The position numbers and the translations under genes are program-made. The notes beneath the pieces are model-generated. The model saw nothing but the letters and a program-made list of their open reading frames with translations. It searched no databases and had not been told where the DNA came from. A stretch of 56,506 nt of DNA, the filler included, from Sphacelaria rigidula (Eukaryota): the NCBI GenBank assembly GCA_964200075.2. It is 5 parts of 5 records of this genome, joined end to end, with 100 filler letters (N's around TTAATTAATTAA, not from the genome) between each part and the next. Parts side by side here need not be neighbours in the genome. Positions count along the whole stretch, not along the records: positions 22,645 to 33,866 come from CAXNAA020005217.1; positions 33,967 to 45,186 come from CAXNAA020005218.1; 3 more parts are not named here. One strand, written 5' to 3'. Below, piece after piece: positions 24,396 to 36,329 of the stretch (the first letter of the stretch is position 1; each line of letters begins with the position of its first letter).

Positions 24396-24558
24396 CCGTG
24401 AGTTAAGGGCGTTAAAGTGTAGTCATGCCTATAATGATGACAAAACGTTCCTAACTCGCGATAAAAATAAAGCCCCCCCGTGAGTTAAGGACGTGTCAGG
24501 GTAGTCAGGACTATAATGATGGCAGAGCGTTTCTCACTCGCGATAAAAATGAAGGCCC
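24396..24558. repeat. 82-bp diverged tandem duplication
   Basis: ccgtgagttaagg...ctataatgatg...actcgcgataaaaat at 24396 and 24478. Confidence 0.85.
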
Positions 24559-26199
24559 ACTTTTTTTGTCTGGAGCATGCCCTTGCGGCTCATGAAATTT
24601 TCGTGTCACAATTCTGATGAACGAGCCGAGAAATTATGTCGAGGGCTAAGGACAACGTTAATTTTTCACCGAAACGTTCTTGATCCCGAAATTCTCATGT
24701 GAGCATCAGAGTTCTGGACCTCTCTGCCCATGTGCGAAGACGGAGTTTTGTCGAAGCGGAATACAGTTAGGATTTTAGTCTTAACAAATATAACTACCCC
24801 TTGCCCAACCAGCACTTGTCTTTTCGACAGGACAACACCTCGCCGGAAGGCAGTCTTGCAATAGATCCAGATATGCTACAGCCCGCGAGATTTTGTCATC
24901 CGTTGACGACACAAGCTGCAGATACACCATCGGCCAGCTAAGGTACATGATCGTACGTCGAAACTCGAATGTAATGAAGATGGCAATCTTGGTGATGGAA
25001 GGGATAATTTCAGTGTCAGTTACGGGAGGCCTCTCGGGATGATGGTGACGAGGCGTCCGTGTGGATAATAATTCTACATGCGCGTACCCTCACATGTTTC
25101 ATTGGTCGTGTTTTAGATGAGATGAAGAGCTTCCAACAATGCTAATGTCAGAAATAAATTGTGCGCCCCTACCGTAGCGTCACTCTACACCATGATCCAA
25201 AACATCTAGCACAACCGCGATACACGGGAAAGGAATATGATAATACGCCCACAGCTTTGGGTGCCACAGGCGACAACTCGACACGTGAAACCAAGCAGAG
25301 GTAATACCAAAAACAAGCAAGAAGGATCACCTACCACAATAATTGAAATCGTATAGTCCTATCCTTCTACCCTTACAAGGCTAGAGTGTATCATCGACCG
25401 GGTTTATAGCAATGATTCCCTCTGCACGCCCACATCTACACATGCATGGAATGTTTCGAAAGCCAAGGTAAATCAGTGACTTGTATTCTCCTACATTCCT
25501 ATTATGCTGGGATATGTCACGTCGGGTTTTCACCCGCCAAGTACACCCCCACTGAACGTACATACTTGAGGGACGGCCAAATGTACGAGCATAGTAGAGA
25601 ACAAGAATACCACGCAACCCCACACCTCATCGGGGGATGGGTGCAATGTGAGGAAGGAATGGGTAAGACAACAAAGAACGGGGAATGGTTGGTATTCCTG
25701 CCACGTCCGCTATATTCTGTGCTACACGTGTCCGGCTGCACGCTTTTCCATCTCAACCCTGCTCTCCGGATATGGGAGGGTGTAGATGACAGATTGCACA
25801 CAGCGGTACAGCGGTCTGCGAACAATCTGAATTAATGACGGCTGCCCCATGGATGATTGTGAAAGACACTTGGTTTTTGGTCATAGCTGATTCATCGTCA
25901 TTTGGTGCCGTGCATAATTTAGAACACTCTCCTCGTATGTCTTCAACGTTACGGCGAGAAAGCGTCACCCCAATTCTAATTTGGCTCAACAGCGAGCACA
26001 ACGGACCCACCCTTTTGCTTGTCCTTTAGCGATTTGGATCATGCCGTACATTTGTCTTGGCCTGAAATGAAAAGCTGTGCGCTGCAAACTTGGCATGTGT
26101 GATAAGTCACATTGCAGGATGTGCGCTTCTCCTTATTTTCACTCCAGCTCGTGCAGAACAGTATCAGCGCAAGTCCTTCCTCAATCCCTGCCTGGGGTA

Positions 26200-27950
26200 A
26201 ATATGCGTACCCGACGGTTCTGTGAGTTCTGGAAGCCTTCCATACCCGTATCCGGGGAATCACTTTACCCTTATAGAAATGCCCGGGTGAGGATGCGGCT
26301 TCTCGTACGGTGTTCATACCCGTACTCGACAGTTCTGTTAGTTTCTCATAAGCCTACCTGACCGTTGTATCAAGTTGTGTCAGCCTCCTATACCTGTACC
26401 CGGAGTGCGGGTATACCCTTCAAGAAGAACCCGTTGCAGGTACGAGAACGGGTATATAACCTGGGGGTATATGGAGGTAGGATCAATCCCGACACAATCT
26501 GACGTAATAATGACACCCATAACCCCATCCTACATGCCCACCTCGTGCACTCAAAACCACACGCTCGGAGAACAAATGTTAGATTTGGATGTGGATGACA
26601 AATCAAGTAGCTGTTCGCGCCGGTGGGCGGGCTGCGTTCATCGCTCTGTTTGCTTCTGCACGTTGTATCGGTGAAGCTCCACAACATGTGGCATGCTTGA
26701 AGACGCGCAACGAATACGCGTGAAGGCGTGATATACACAAGGCCATAAGTTGTCATTAGTGCGGTTTATTTGATGACTAGTTGATAGTTTGCTTTCTTTC
26801 TTATTTTGACGTTCGACTGAACCTTGCCGTTTCTGCTTGTAACGTGCCCAATTTCCTTTTTTCAAAGGGAGTTCAGGGTTCTACAACTATCAGTCCTCCA
26901 TATTAATATTCATGATTCATGTTGCAGTTTTGTCGTGCAAACATTCGCTTTTGACACTTACATCAACTCGCTCCTTATTGAAATCATGCTCATATACAAA
27001 CCTCACGTGGTGACCTTCGGGTCGTGCGTCATCAGTACACCGTGTATCACGTGCGGTATTAATTCACTTCTTGTGTTTGCCCTATATATATATATATATA
27101 TATGTATATATGAAGCTGGAAACGCCTCGGGCATGCCCGGTGTATTTTCCTTAGTACTTCCCGTGCCCCACAGTTCTGTGAGTTCTGTACTCAGGTTGAA
27201 CATTGCCCGGAGTTAGGGTATGCCAGAGGCGCACGAAAAAACAATTCCCCCTGCACACCTACGTACCTCCCTCTCTCCCCTTTCCCCCCGCACGGGCGGC
27301 CGGGAAAATAAATGATTTTTCGTTTTATTCTGTATGAATTTTTGTCTCTCTGTCTTTTCCCTCTCAATTCGTGCGTACAATCAATGCACGTCACCCCTCA
27401 AACATGTGCTGATTATCCACGTGTTGCGAACACCTGCATGCTGCTGTGGGTTGGCTTGGCTTCGTTTGATGATCGTGGTTTGAGACGATCCTCAATCAAG
27501 ACCATTTCCTGCGGCGGCAATCCTCGACAAAGGTTACAGAAAACACGTTGCATCTAAGCATGTGCGAATCGATTTTGACGGAAGGGACTCATCGAGCCTA
27601 CGACGGTGGTAGTGTGTTCAGTGTTACAAATACTTCAGTATGATATCGACATTTTGAACAAATCATAGGATTTAGTATGGGATACAGTGGACTCTTTTTC
27701 GAGGATATTCTCCTCGAGGCTGCTGGTTCCTTTGCCGACGATTACCAGGGTGATCACGATTCATTACCGTGGTGCTTGGATACCGTGGTAGACGCCAACC
27801 TCAAAAAGGCGTACCAAAGAGAGTCTTGGCCTTGATTTTCTACACATCTTATTAGTTCGTAGCTTTCACCTTTTACATTCATGCTCATCGTATTCATCAT
27901 CGTGCTATATTTTTTGTTATTCCATTAATATTTTATTTTTTTCATATATT
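26200..27950 (+). repeat. Dispersed composite repeat, copy A
   Basis: Colinear with 31830-33420 (acccgttgc.ggtac, cccacctcgt.cactcaaaacc, acacctgcatg.tgctgtgggttggcttggc, ggatttagtatgggat). Confidence 0.85.
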
Positions 27951-28269
27951 GTCTTCCGTTTTTCCAAAAAATAATGAATCGACCCCAAACCCACTCAACC
28001 CCGAATACCCAATTGTCTCCCCCTGTCCCGAACTCTTTTCTTTCCGTTTTCTTCATTCATTCTCCTCTTGTGTTCAGATATTCATTACTTGATATTATTC
28101 TCTTTTGTCCATTTTTTCTTGTGCTGCACTCACGTATCGGGGTACGTACGTCGTATACTTTCCCCCGCCCTCCGGTGCTCCGTAAATGCATGATATATGG
28201 TCGAACGACTAAGCCACGCAAGTAATGAGTACGCCCCGTCCCCCGCCGTCAGTGGAAAAATGTCAACTT

Positions 28270-28580
28270 TGAAAGAATTGCTGGACGTGCTAGATGGGGA
28301 AATGCGGGAAGTGAACTGAGGTGTCATGAAGTTGCTTGATGAATCAGACAGTAGGGAGACAACGATAGCCATGCTGGGAGATAGATAATGGCCACAGAAG
28401 GGGAGACAGAACGGGGATAAGATATGTACATGAATGTTGTGGAGTGTGTGGAATGTGTGGAAGAAACGTAATGAGCGCCAGAATGTTGGAGGTGTCTCTA
28501 GTAGGAGTAGGAACGGTGCTCCGTCTCGAATGGGTCGCGCAGTCAATGGTCAAACGACTAAGGCAAGCAACAAATGACTC
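28270..28580 (+). mobile_element. 5'-truncated LINE, C-terminal end of ORF2 (degenerate)
   Basis: Reads KELLDVLDGEMREVN*...TIAMLGDR*WPQKG...WNVWKKRNERQNVGGVSSRSRNGAPSRMGRAVNGQTTKASNK*. All copies share the 3' end and differ in 5' extent; a second tiny copy lies at ~28195-28248. The LINE assignment rests on this truncation pattern and recall, not on a visible RT motif. Confidence 0.65.
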
Positions 28581-30645
28581 CAAGCCAAAGATAGGGGAAC
28601 GCCGGTATACCCCTGTAGAAATACCCGTGTGTGGTTGCGGTTTCTGACCAGCATGAATGCCCTACCGAAGAAGTTCTGTGTATTCCGTAAACCTTCCAAA
28701 TCGGTACCCGACAGGTCTGAAAGCTCTGTGAGGAATCTCATACCCTACGCAGCGCACATGTGCCATACCGAGTACGAGTACATCTTTGCATTTTTTCCCC
28801 ACCAGGAGCACCCTCAAGTATAAAATAGCTGGACACGAGTCGATAGCACGTGCTTATTTCAGATTTGTTTCAGCTCTCGCGGCCGACTTTACTCGTTTTT
28901 CACACGGGCTGGCCGTTCTTGAAACGATTTAGAAACTCATAAAAGTTGCGGCATTGTCCTCATACCTGAACACCACACAAATTGTTTCGAAACCACCTGG
29001 CAACCCGCGTCGAGCAGTGAAATGCAAAGAGTGACATACCTGCGTGATAAACGGACGCACCTGTAGTGTGGAAGCCCACAAAATGAAGCAAGGATTGATG
29101 AGGTCGTACGGTAGAGAGCTTGGGAAACGTTTGCAAAATTATGTCACTGTGGCTTTTGTCGGCGTGTGTTTCACGCTAAACCCCAAATACCGAGAGTAAT
29201 GCATGCCCGTCTTCGAGAGGTGTCCATTTGATAGAGATGCTGATCGCTTGTAGCACATGAAGTGATCCCCCAGAGACCCAGTCTCGGTCATTATCCACAA
29301 GGTAGACGTACCCCGGGTATACAAATTGGATCGCTCTCTGCAGCAGAGTCGAAGTGGGAGACAAAAAATACATGGATCCAGTGAACGGAGCAAACTGTAG
29401 ACCACAAGCATACATTCATCCTAGAACGACAACAATGCAGAAAATCGGAAGGGAATGAGCGGAGAAGAACTAGGAAAAAACGAAGAACAGTCTCGGTGAA
29501 AAGGATAAGAAATGAAGCAAAAAAGAGTTGATCAAAAGAGCACTGGGAATGGCGGCCCCCTAAATCATGGCGTCAGGTGAAATACGCCGTGCCCAACAGG
29601 CACATACCCTCTGAAGACAAAATTGCAAAACTGCTCCACATCTTGGTTCATGTAGACACTGGGCCACGTCCGCAGGTGTATTATCATCTACCGAGCTGCT
29701 GTTGACAACGTCACATCGTGACGAGAAATACCCCGTTTGAGAAACACCCCCCCGTGATAGATCGGAGCTATAGCGCCTTTCCCGCCAGCCTGCCTTGGAA
29801 ATCGTATTCAAATGGAATGTAGCGTCTGAGTCAGGAATGTAATTCAAACGACGTCTTTGTGTAGTTTGTTCATAACATGCGGATTATGTTGAAAACATGA
29901 AATCCCTCGAAAGACAAGAGCTTGGCGATCACGAAGCGATGCATACTGAACTCTGATGTTACACACGCGTGTAGTACAGCCACTCATGAAGTTCCGAGGC
30001 CCGCAGCGGGCGACGAAAAAAATCGTAGACTGGGCGGTAGGTGTCGATCAGCTGCTCGGTTAGTGCCGCCGTTGCTCCAACACCGCACGGATTCACGTCA
30101 AACGAAGACTACTGGTGTGGTGTGTAGATAGGCAAGGGCTAGCACAGGAGCTAGTGTGCCTGTGTTGCGGGGGCATGTGCGTATTTATTTGGGATCGTCT
30201 CGTGTTTTCGTCGAGTGCGTTGTCGTATCTGTGGGGATGTGTCGCCAACAACCAGTGCAAGAGATTGATAACCTGTGCAGATGTGGGCGAAACGCGTGTT
30301 GTCGATAAAAACACTGGTAATCATGTTCAAGTATCAAGTTTGGAAGTGGTTTCTGAAGGTGAAGTGATGGCGTCCGTATGCTACCGGCGCTCAGCCCTGA
30401 CCGCAAACACATGAACAGGACATATGGCATGGGCCAGTCGACCAAAGGCAGCTGTGGTGTATACAGGGCATGACTGCGGTGCGTCTCCATGTCAGACACA
30501 GGTACAGGGCTCCGCAAATGCTCACGATTGTATCGTGGTGTGCACCTCGTGGTGGGCACGTCGTCTAGCATTGTACAGTACGGCTTGTCCACGTTTGATG
30601 CTTTGTAGATATGCTGGACGTTCCCCTTTCGCATGTTACCGACAG

Positions 30646-30717
30646 GCTCTATTCCTTCCTGGCTTGGGAACCTGACACAGCTGACCATCCTGAACCTACA
30701 GAACAACCAGCTGAACA
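30646..30717 (+). CDS. Single 72-nt exon encoding one 24-aa leucine-rich repeat (LRR-receptor / LRR-ROCO-type gene fragment)
   Basis: ccgacag|GC TCT ATT CCT TCC TGG CTT GGG AAC CTG ... CAG CTG AAC A|gtaagt = (G)SIPSWLGNLTQLTILNLQNNQLN; exactly 72 nt, phase 1-1, fits GxIPxxLGxLxxLxxLxLxxNxL. Confidence 0.9.
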
Positions 30718-31177
30718 GTAAGTGAACATTGCGCCCACCGGGGTATGTGAATATGTGCAATAGATGGGTTATTAGGCAGTTGTGTAGCTGCAAAGCACCG
30801 CACGAAACGCCACGAGGACACACTGATGGGACGTACGTGGGAATGGCAACGATTGGGAGAGGTGAATCGGGTGTTTAGTGTGGGTATAGAGTAGGTCATA
30901 AATGTGTTGAGGTCTCCATGACATTTCTGAGCGCCGCTGTGTGGAAATTCGCGTTGCGTGTCCTGTAAGGCTCCATATCACAATGCCATAACGTAGGTAA
31001 GTATTGTGTGGTGTGGGTGAATACTTGAACCGAATATGACCGAGTAATCAGTAAGCGAGCGTTTGGGTAGGTTTGGGTATATTGTTTGCAATCCTGTGAC
31101 CAGTTGCGAAGATACTTGCATTTCACGTGTTTCCAGCTTTGGCAGAAGTACGTGGTGAAGAGAAACGACACGAGAAA

Positions 31178-31530
31178 TGTACGATTTCCATGACCGCGAC
31201 CGAAAGTACCCTGGTACAGAAAGACTCGCTTCGCATCCAGTGCTCTCAAGGCCATGTCGACGTTTTTTGTCAAGTGAGGGGTCCTGGAAACGCTTTCCAG
31301 TAAGTTTTTGGGTACGACGCCTACCACTCTACCCAATTTTGAGTGCCTCAAATGCGTTTTTCAAAATACCCCGCAATTGAGTATACTCTACTCGACCTGC
31401 CCTTGAACGATTTCCATAACCGCGCCCGAGAGTATCCTGGTACAGAAAGACTCGCTTCGCACCCAGTGTTCTTGTGGCAATGCGGACGTTTTTTGTGAAG
31501 CAAAGGGTCCGGGAAACGGCTCCAGAGTAT
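31178..31530 (+). repeat. Two ~125-bp related direct repeats
   Basis: acgatttccat.accgcg...cctggtacagaaagactcgcttcgca.ccagtg at ~31180 and ~31407. Confidence 0.85.
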
Positions 31531-31829
31531 CCGGCCCTGTCTCCTAGTACTATGGGAGCACGGGCAGCCGGTGTCAACTCCTAGTAGTTCCCATACGTTT
31601 GGTGCTTGATATCCGCGTATCACGTGAATTCCAAACATTTTTTGTTTCACGTAGGACTCTCAAATCTCGGTCATCGGCATTCAAATTTGTATGGCGTGGA
31701 GTAGTTGTCAATGGCTACCAGCAGATGAAGAAATCAAACCATATCTCGAAGAGTTGGTGTGGATGCGAAGATTTTAATATTCCAGGTTTTCATCCTCATG
31801 ACAAGCTCCATCCTCAATTTCGATTACCT

Positions 31830-33420
31830 CTGTTTTCTGTGAGTTCTGCAAGCCCCTCATACTGGTACGCGACAGATCTGTAAGTTATGTTGGATCCTCA
31901 TACCCCTTGCTGAAAGTTTCGGTATTTCACGTAATCCCCGTATACCCTCAGTCGGGGTGTGGGTATACTTTTGAAGAAGTACCCGTTGCGGGTACAAGCA
32001 CGGGTTTATACGCTGGGGGTATACTCGTATGGATGTAGGATCAGCCCCGGTGCAATCCGACGTCATAGCGACACATATACCCCCATCTTGCATACCCACC
32101 TCGTCCACTCAAAACCAAATGCCCTCTGAAACATTATTGGACGTGAATGTGAATTATGAATCTGGTAGTTGTTCGCGCGGGTGGATGGCCTTCGTTCATC
32201 GCTTTGTTGAGTCCTGCACATCGTGTCGGTGGAACTCAAGAAGATGTGCCATGCTTTAAGACGCGCAACGAATACCTTTGATACTCACAAGGAAGAAAGT
32301 TGTCATTCGTGCGGTTTGCATGATGACAACTTGATGAATCACCTTTTTTTCTACTCGGCATTCAACTTTGACCTTTCCGTTTATACTTTGCCGTGCCCAA
32401 TTTCTCTCTTAGAGGGGAGTTCAACAACCGTATTGCAATCGTGCTCATAAACTAGCCCTACAGTACATGATAACGTCAGCGTCGCGCGTCATCAGTATAC
32501 CGTGTATCACTTGCGGTATACGGCATGCATTCGCTTGCTTTTCGTCCCATCAAGCTGGAAACGTTTCGTGTATGCCCGGGGAGTTAGTTCCCCCTGGTAT
32601 TTCCCGTACCCCATAGCGCTGCTGTATGAGCTCTGCACAAAGGTTGACCATGACCCGGGTTTAGGGTATACCAGAGGTGCACGGAAAGAAATCCTGCACA
32701 CATGTACCCCCCACCCCGTTCCTCCTCTCCCGGCGGACCGGGAAAAACCCCCGATATATGTATTTGTTCTATTTTGCACTTTCGTCCTTCTACCTTTCCT
32801 CTCTCGATTCGTGTGTACAATCAATGCACATCACCCCTGGAACACGTGCTAAATACCCACCTGTTGGAAACACCTGCATGTTGCTGTGGGTTGGCTTGGC
32901 TCCATTTGATGGTCGTGGTTTGAGGCGATCACCGACCAAGACCGTCCCCTGCGGCGGCAATCTTCGACAAACGTTATAGGGAAAAGGCTACGGAGAACAA
33001 AAAGTTACATAAGCTTGTGCAAAAATTGGTGTTGACTGAAGGGACTCATTTAGCCTACGATTGCGGTAGTGTGTAAAGTGTTGAAAATGATTTAATATGA
33101 GATCAGTTTTCTGAACAAGCTTTTGGATTTAGTATGGGATGCAGTGGACTATTTTTCGAGGATACTCCTGAAGGTGGCTGGTTCCTTCACCAATGAGTAC
33201 CAGCGTGATCACTTACCATTCAGAACGTTACCGTGCATTACCGTGATGCTTGGATACTGTGGTATACGCCATCGACCTCAAAAAGGCATACCGAAGATCT
33301 TGGTTTTGTTTTTTATACTCCTTATGTGTTCATAGTTTTCGCCTTCTACTTTAATCCTTGTTCATATTATGCCTTATCTTTTCTTGGTATATTTTTATAT
33401 TTCTCTTATGTTTTATTTGT
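31830..33420 (+). repeat. Dispersed composite repeat, copy B
   Basis: Colinear, diverged copy of 26200-27950. Confidence 0.85.
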
Positions 33421-33866
33421 GTGGAAACCACCACATGGAAGGGACAAGTTCCCACAAGTGTTCGTCAAGGAATCACCTGTTCACACTGGCGACACCACGA
33501 GATAGCTCGCATGCTTCACGAACAGAAGATCCCAACTTCTAATCCCGGATGCTACGAAAGTGGTGGGAACCGAAAAAATGGTGGATGTTTTCTGAAGCAG
33601 AGTTCAAAACCCACGGAAAATATTTGCGGCGATTGTTATTTGGGTGAGCCAACACACGTGAAGGAAACGTGGATTTAAAGGCAAGATTCCAACCGCTAGC
33701 CGGCGTAAAATGATATCCCTACAATTTCCCCAAGAGGTTCATATAAGGGAGATGTGACGTGGGAACCATCACATAGAAGGGACGAATTCCCACAAACAGC
33801 CGATCATCTATGTTGAGGATGGTGCTTTTCATTGAGGATGAGAACCCGGAGGATTAAAATCTTCGT

Positions 33867-33966
33867 NNNNNNNNNNNNNNNNNNNNNNNNNNNNNNNNNN
33901 NNNNNNNNNNTTAATTAATTAANNNNNNNNNNNNNNNNNNNNNNNNNNNNNNNNNNNNNNNNNNNN
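33867..33966. other. Artificial contig spacer
   Basis: N44-TTAATTAATTAA-N44. Confidence 0.98.
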
Positions 33967-34365
33967 CGTAGAGCCGTCTGTGGCTCCGAAAGCGTGGAGA
34001 TCGTCCCTCAGGCACTTCAGCCAGTTTTGTTCCAGGCACCCTGGTCCTGGATCCTCCCCCCCGACTAGTGTTCCGAATGCTATTCGCTTGGGTAGTCGTC
34101 CGTCCGGTTGTCTAGCCAGGGCTGCCGCGAACAGCAGTCATCGTTGCCGGACGATGGCTTCGGCACTTCGACATCCGGTCTTCTTGAGGGCCTGTGCATA
34201 CGATAGCTGTCGGTATGTGCCGCGCACTCGACGGTATCCGATGACTCGCAGGAGGAGCCGGTAGTGCACCTTTCTCAGCAAGTCGTAGTGTTCGCGGCGC
34301 GGGGCCCACGTCATGCATCCGTTTAGTAGGGCCTCCATCGCCTCCGCGTTCAGCAGTCGGACCTT
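33967..34365 (-). mobile_element. RTE-like LINE, post-RT C-terminal coding fragment (5'-truncated, one stop)
   Basis: KVRLLNAEAMEALLNGCMTW...HYRLLLRVIG...LSYAQALKKTG...IVRQR*LLFAAALARQPDGRLPKRIAFG...WLKCLRDDL matches the RTE pattern LLYGxExW...RLPK.I.FG...W...L.DDL. Confidence 0.88.
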
Positions 34366-34489
34366 CGGTAGTTTATTTAATACGTTTTCAAAACGGTATT
34401 CTGTGACGTCACTCATCTCATTGATGGCCACTGCTCGCCCATGTATTCAACATAGTCTGTGAAGTGACGTCACGAACTCGCCGACGGTC

Positions 34490-34972
34490 ACGGTTACTCA
34501 TCATACCCGAGTGATAGTCTATACCTGAGTATTACCGGAATGACTTACCCGATTTTGAGTAGAATATTTGAGGTCACACTCAATCCACCCGAAATTAGGC
34601 AGAGTATTGTGATCATACCCAAGTGATACTCAAGTATTACTGAGAGTACTTACCCAGCATTCGGGTAGAATATTTAAGGTCGTACTCAATCTACCCAAAA
34701 TTTGAGTAGAGTACTTGAGGTCATACTCAATCTACTGTACCCAAAATTTGGGTACAGGATTGAGGTCATACCCAAGTGATACTCTATTTCCAGGTATTGC
34801 TCAGAGTACTTACCCAATACTTGCGTAGAGTATTTGAGATCGTACTCAATCTATTCCAAATTTGAATGGAGTAGTTGAGGCCGTACCCAATCTACCCAAA
34901 CGTTGCGTAAATTATATGCCCGGGTATTTTACCCGGGTATTGAGAAGTACACACCCTGCTCGACCTGCCCTT
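34490..34972 (+). repeat. Degenerate ~40-bp tandem array (gaggtcatactcaatctacccaaaattt-like) ending in ctcgacctgccct
   Basis: Many diverged contiguous units; the same terminus occurs at ~31390-31403. Confidence 0.8.
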
Positions 34973-36329
34973 GCATGGACAAGCTTGTCATGTCTACAGT
35001 TCGAAAATACGCAGTCGGTGTCGAGTTGTGCACAACTGGATGATGACAGTTTAGTACGCTGCTGCAGGATTCGAACTCCGCAGTTGTCAACGCTGAACGC
35101 CTGCATCTCATAAACAACTGCAGGTGCAGAGAAGTGGAACAGTCAGATTTTTCGCCGTGGATCACGCTTTCGAGCGGAGCTGGTGTGCATGCCGGATTAT
35201 GACAACTCGGTTCCACACAATTTCGCACAGCGTGGTCATGTTGTTATGAGGGGCTATTTTTGACTCCTTCGCCGCGAGCCATCGCATGTATTGTCGAACG
35301 CAGGACATACATCGTCGATTGGGTACATTTCATTGCTTCCCTCCAAGCTCATATTCCTTTTTATTTTCGGAACGCGACGCGACACCAACGCGTGAACGGG
35401 CTGAGATTGGTTCGGGAAGAGCCGCGATCCTCCCTACTTCGAAGTTGTACGTGTGTGCCACCAGAGAAGAATCCGTGCGGTTCACCGGTTGCCTCTCGTT
35501 TTTCTGGCATCGCCGGTAAAAGCATGTTTGGCTCAGGGTGACAGCGTGGAGCCAATCCGATACATGGTCATAGGGTGGGCCGAGGCGGCGTCATGTCGAA
35601 CCCGTCCTGTGTAACGCTCCAGGACGACCTACACTACAGTAGCACAGGATCGTGGGTATCCACCTCAACGCGAGTACGGCTTGTGCCGCTGTACTCTTTC
35701 GATGGTGTCTGCGGGACAGTATTGCTGCACATGCGTGGATCGTATGAGGAGCAGAACTATGCACCCCACCTCAAGTTTCAGCGCAAGCGTCTACTGCATG
35801 CACTGCACTGGTAACTCTACTCTTCTGATCCCAACTTCGCCCTCGCCTTATGCATCCTGCAGTTGTTCCAGTGGCGGTGCAGCCCGATGGGGTGGTGACA
35901 GTGGGGAAGGTCTGTGCTGCAGTATCTAGCAGCTGTGCTGGGGTTCGCTACGGTGCTATAGACTGCAATCGCTGCTGGTGCGGTACACGACAACACCCAG
36001 CAAATACTAGAATGTCGAGACCTACCTTCCAGTGGTGTAGTACAGCCACGGGAAGTATAAGAATTCTCACGCCCCTAAAGATTTTTTCGTCGGCGGGGCA
36101 ACTTCTCTTGGGTTGAAAAGCCTTGTCGAGTGAACAGTTCGTCAAGAATCATCCAAATATGTATTTTCTTTCACCTATTGATGGCTTTCTATTTCTTGAT
36201 CGCCAGACGTGTGCGTACACATCTCAGGTCGAAGGAGTTATGTTATTGGCACATGTCTCAACATTGATGAAGAGCTTACTGGGTATACGGGCATCGGCAT
36301 GGGGCTACAGGCTGATTCACGGAAAAACC

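Noticed and set aside
24870..25040. Minus-strand ERPPVT as the missing first RHBDD1 exon
   Set aside because: Different contig, no following transmembrane segment of the expected type, and no suitable donor.
35862..35985. Weak WSC-domain resemblance (VCAAVSSSCAGVRYG...CWCG) after an acceptor-like site
   Set aside because: Spacing and conserved aromatic residues fit poorly, and there are no partner exons.
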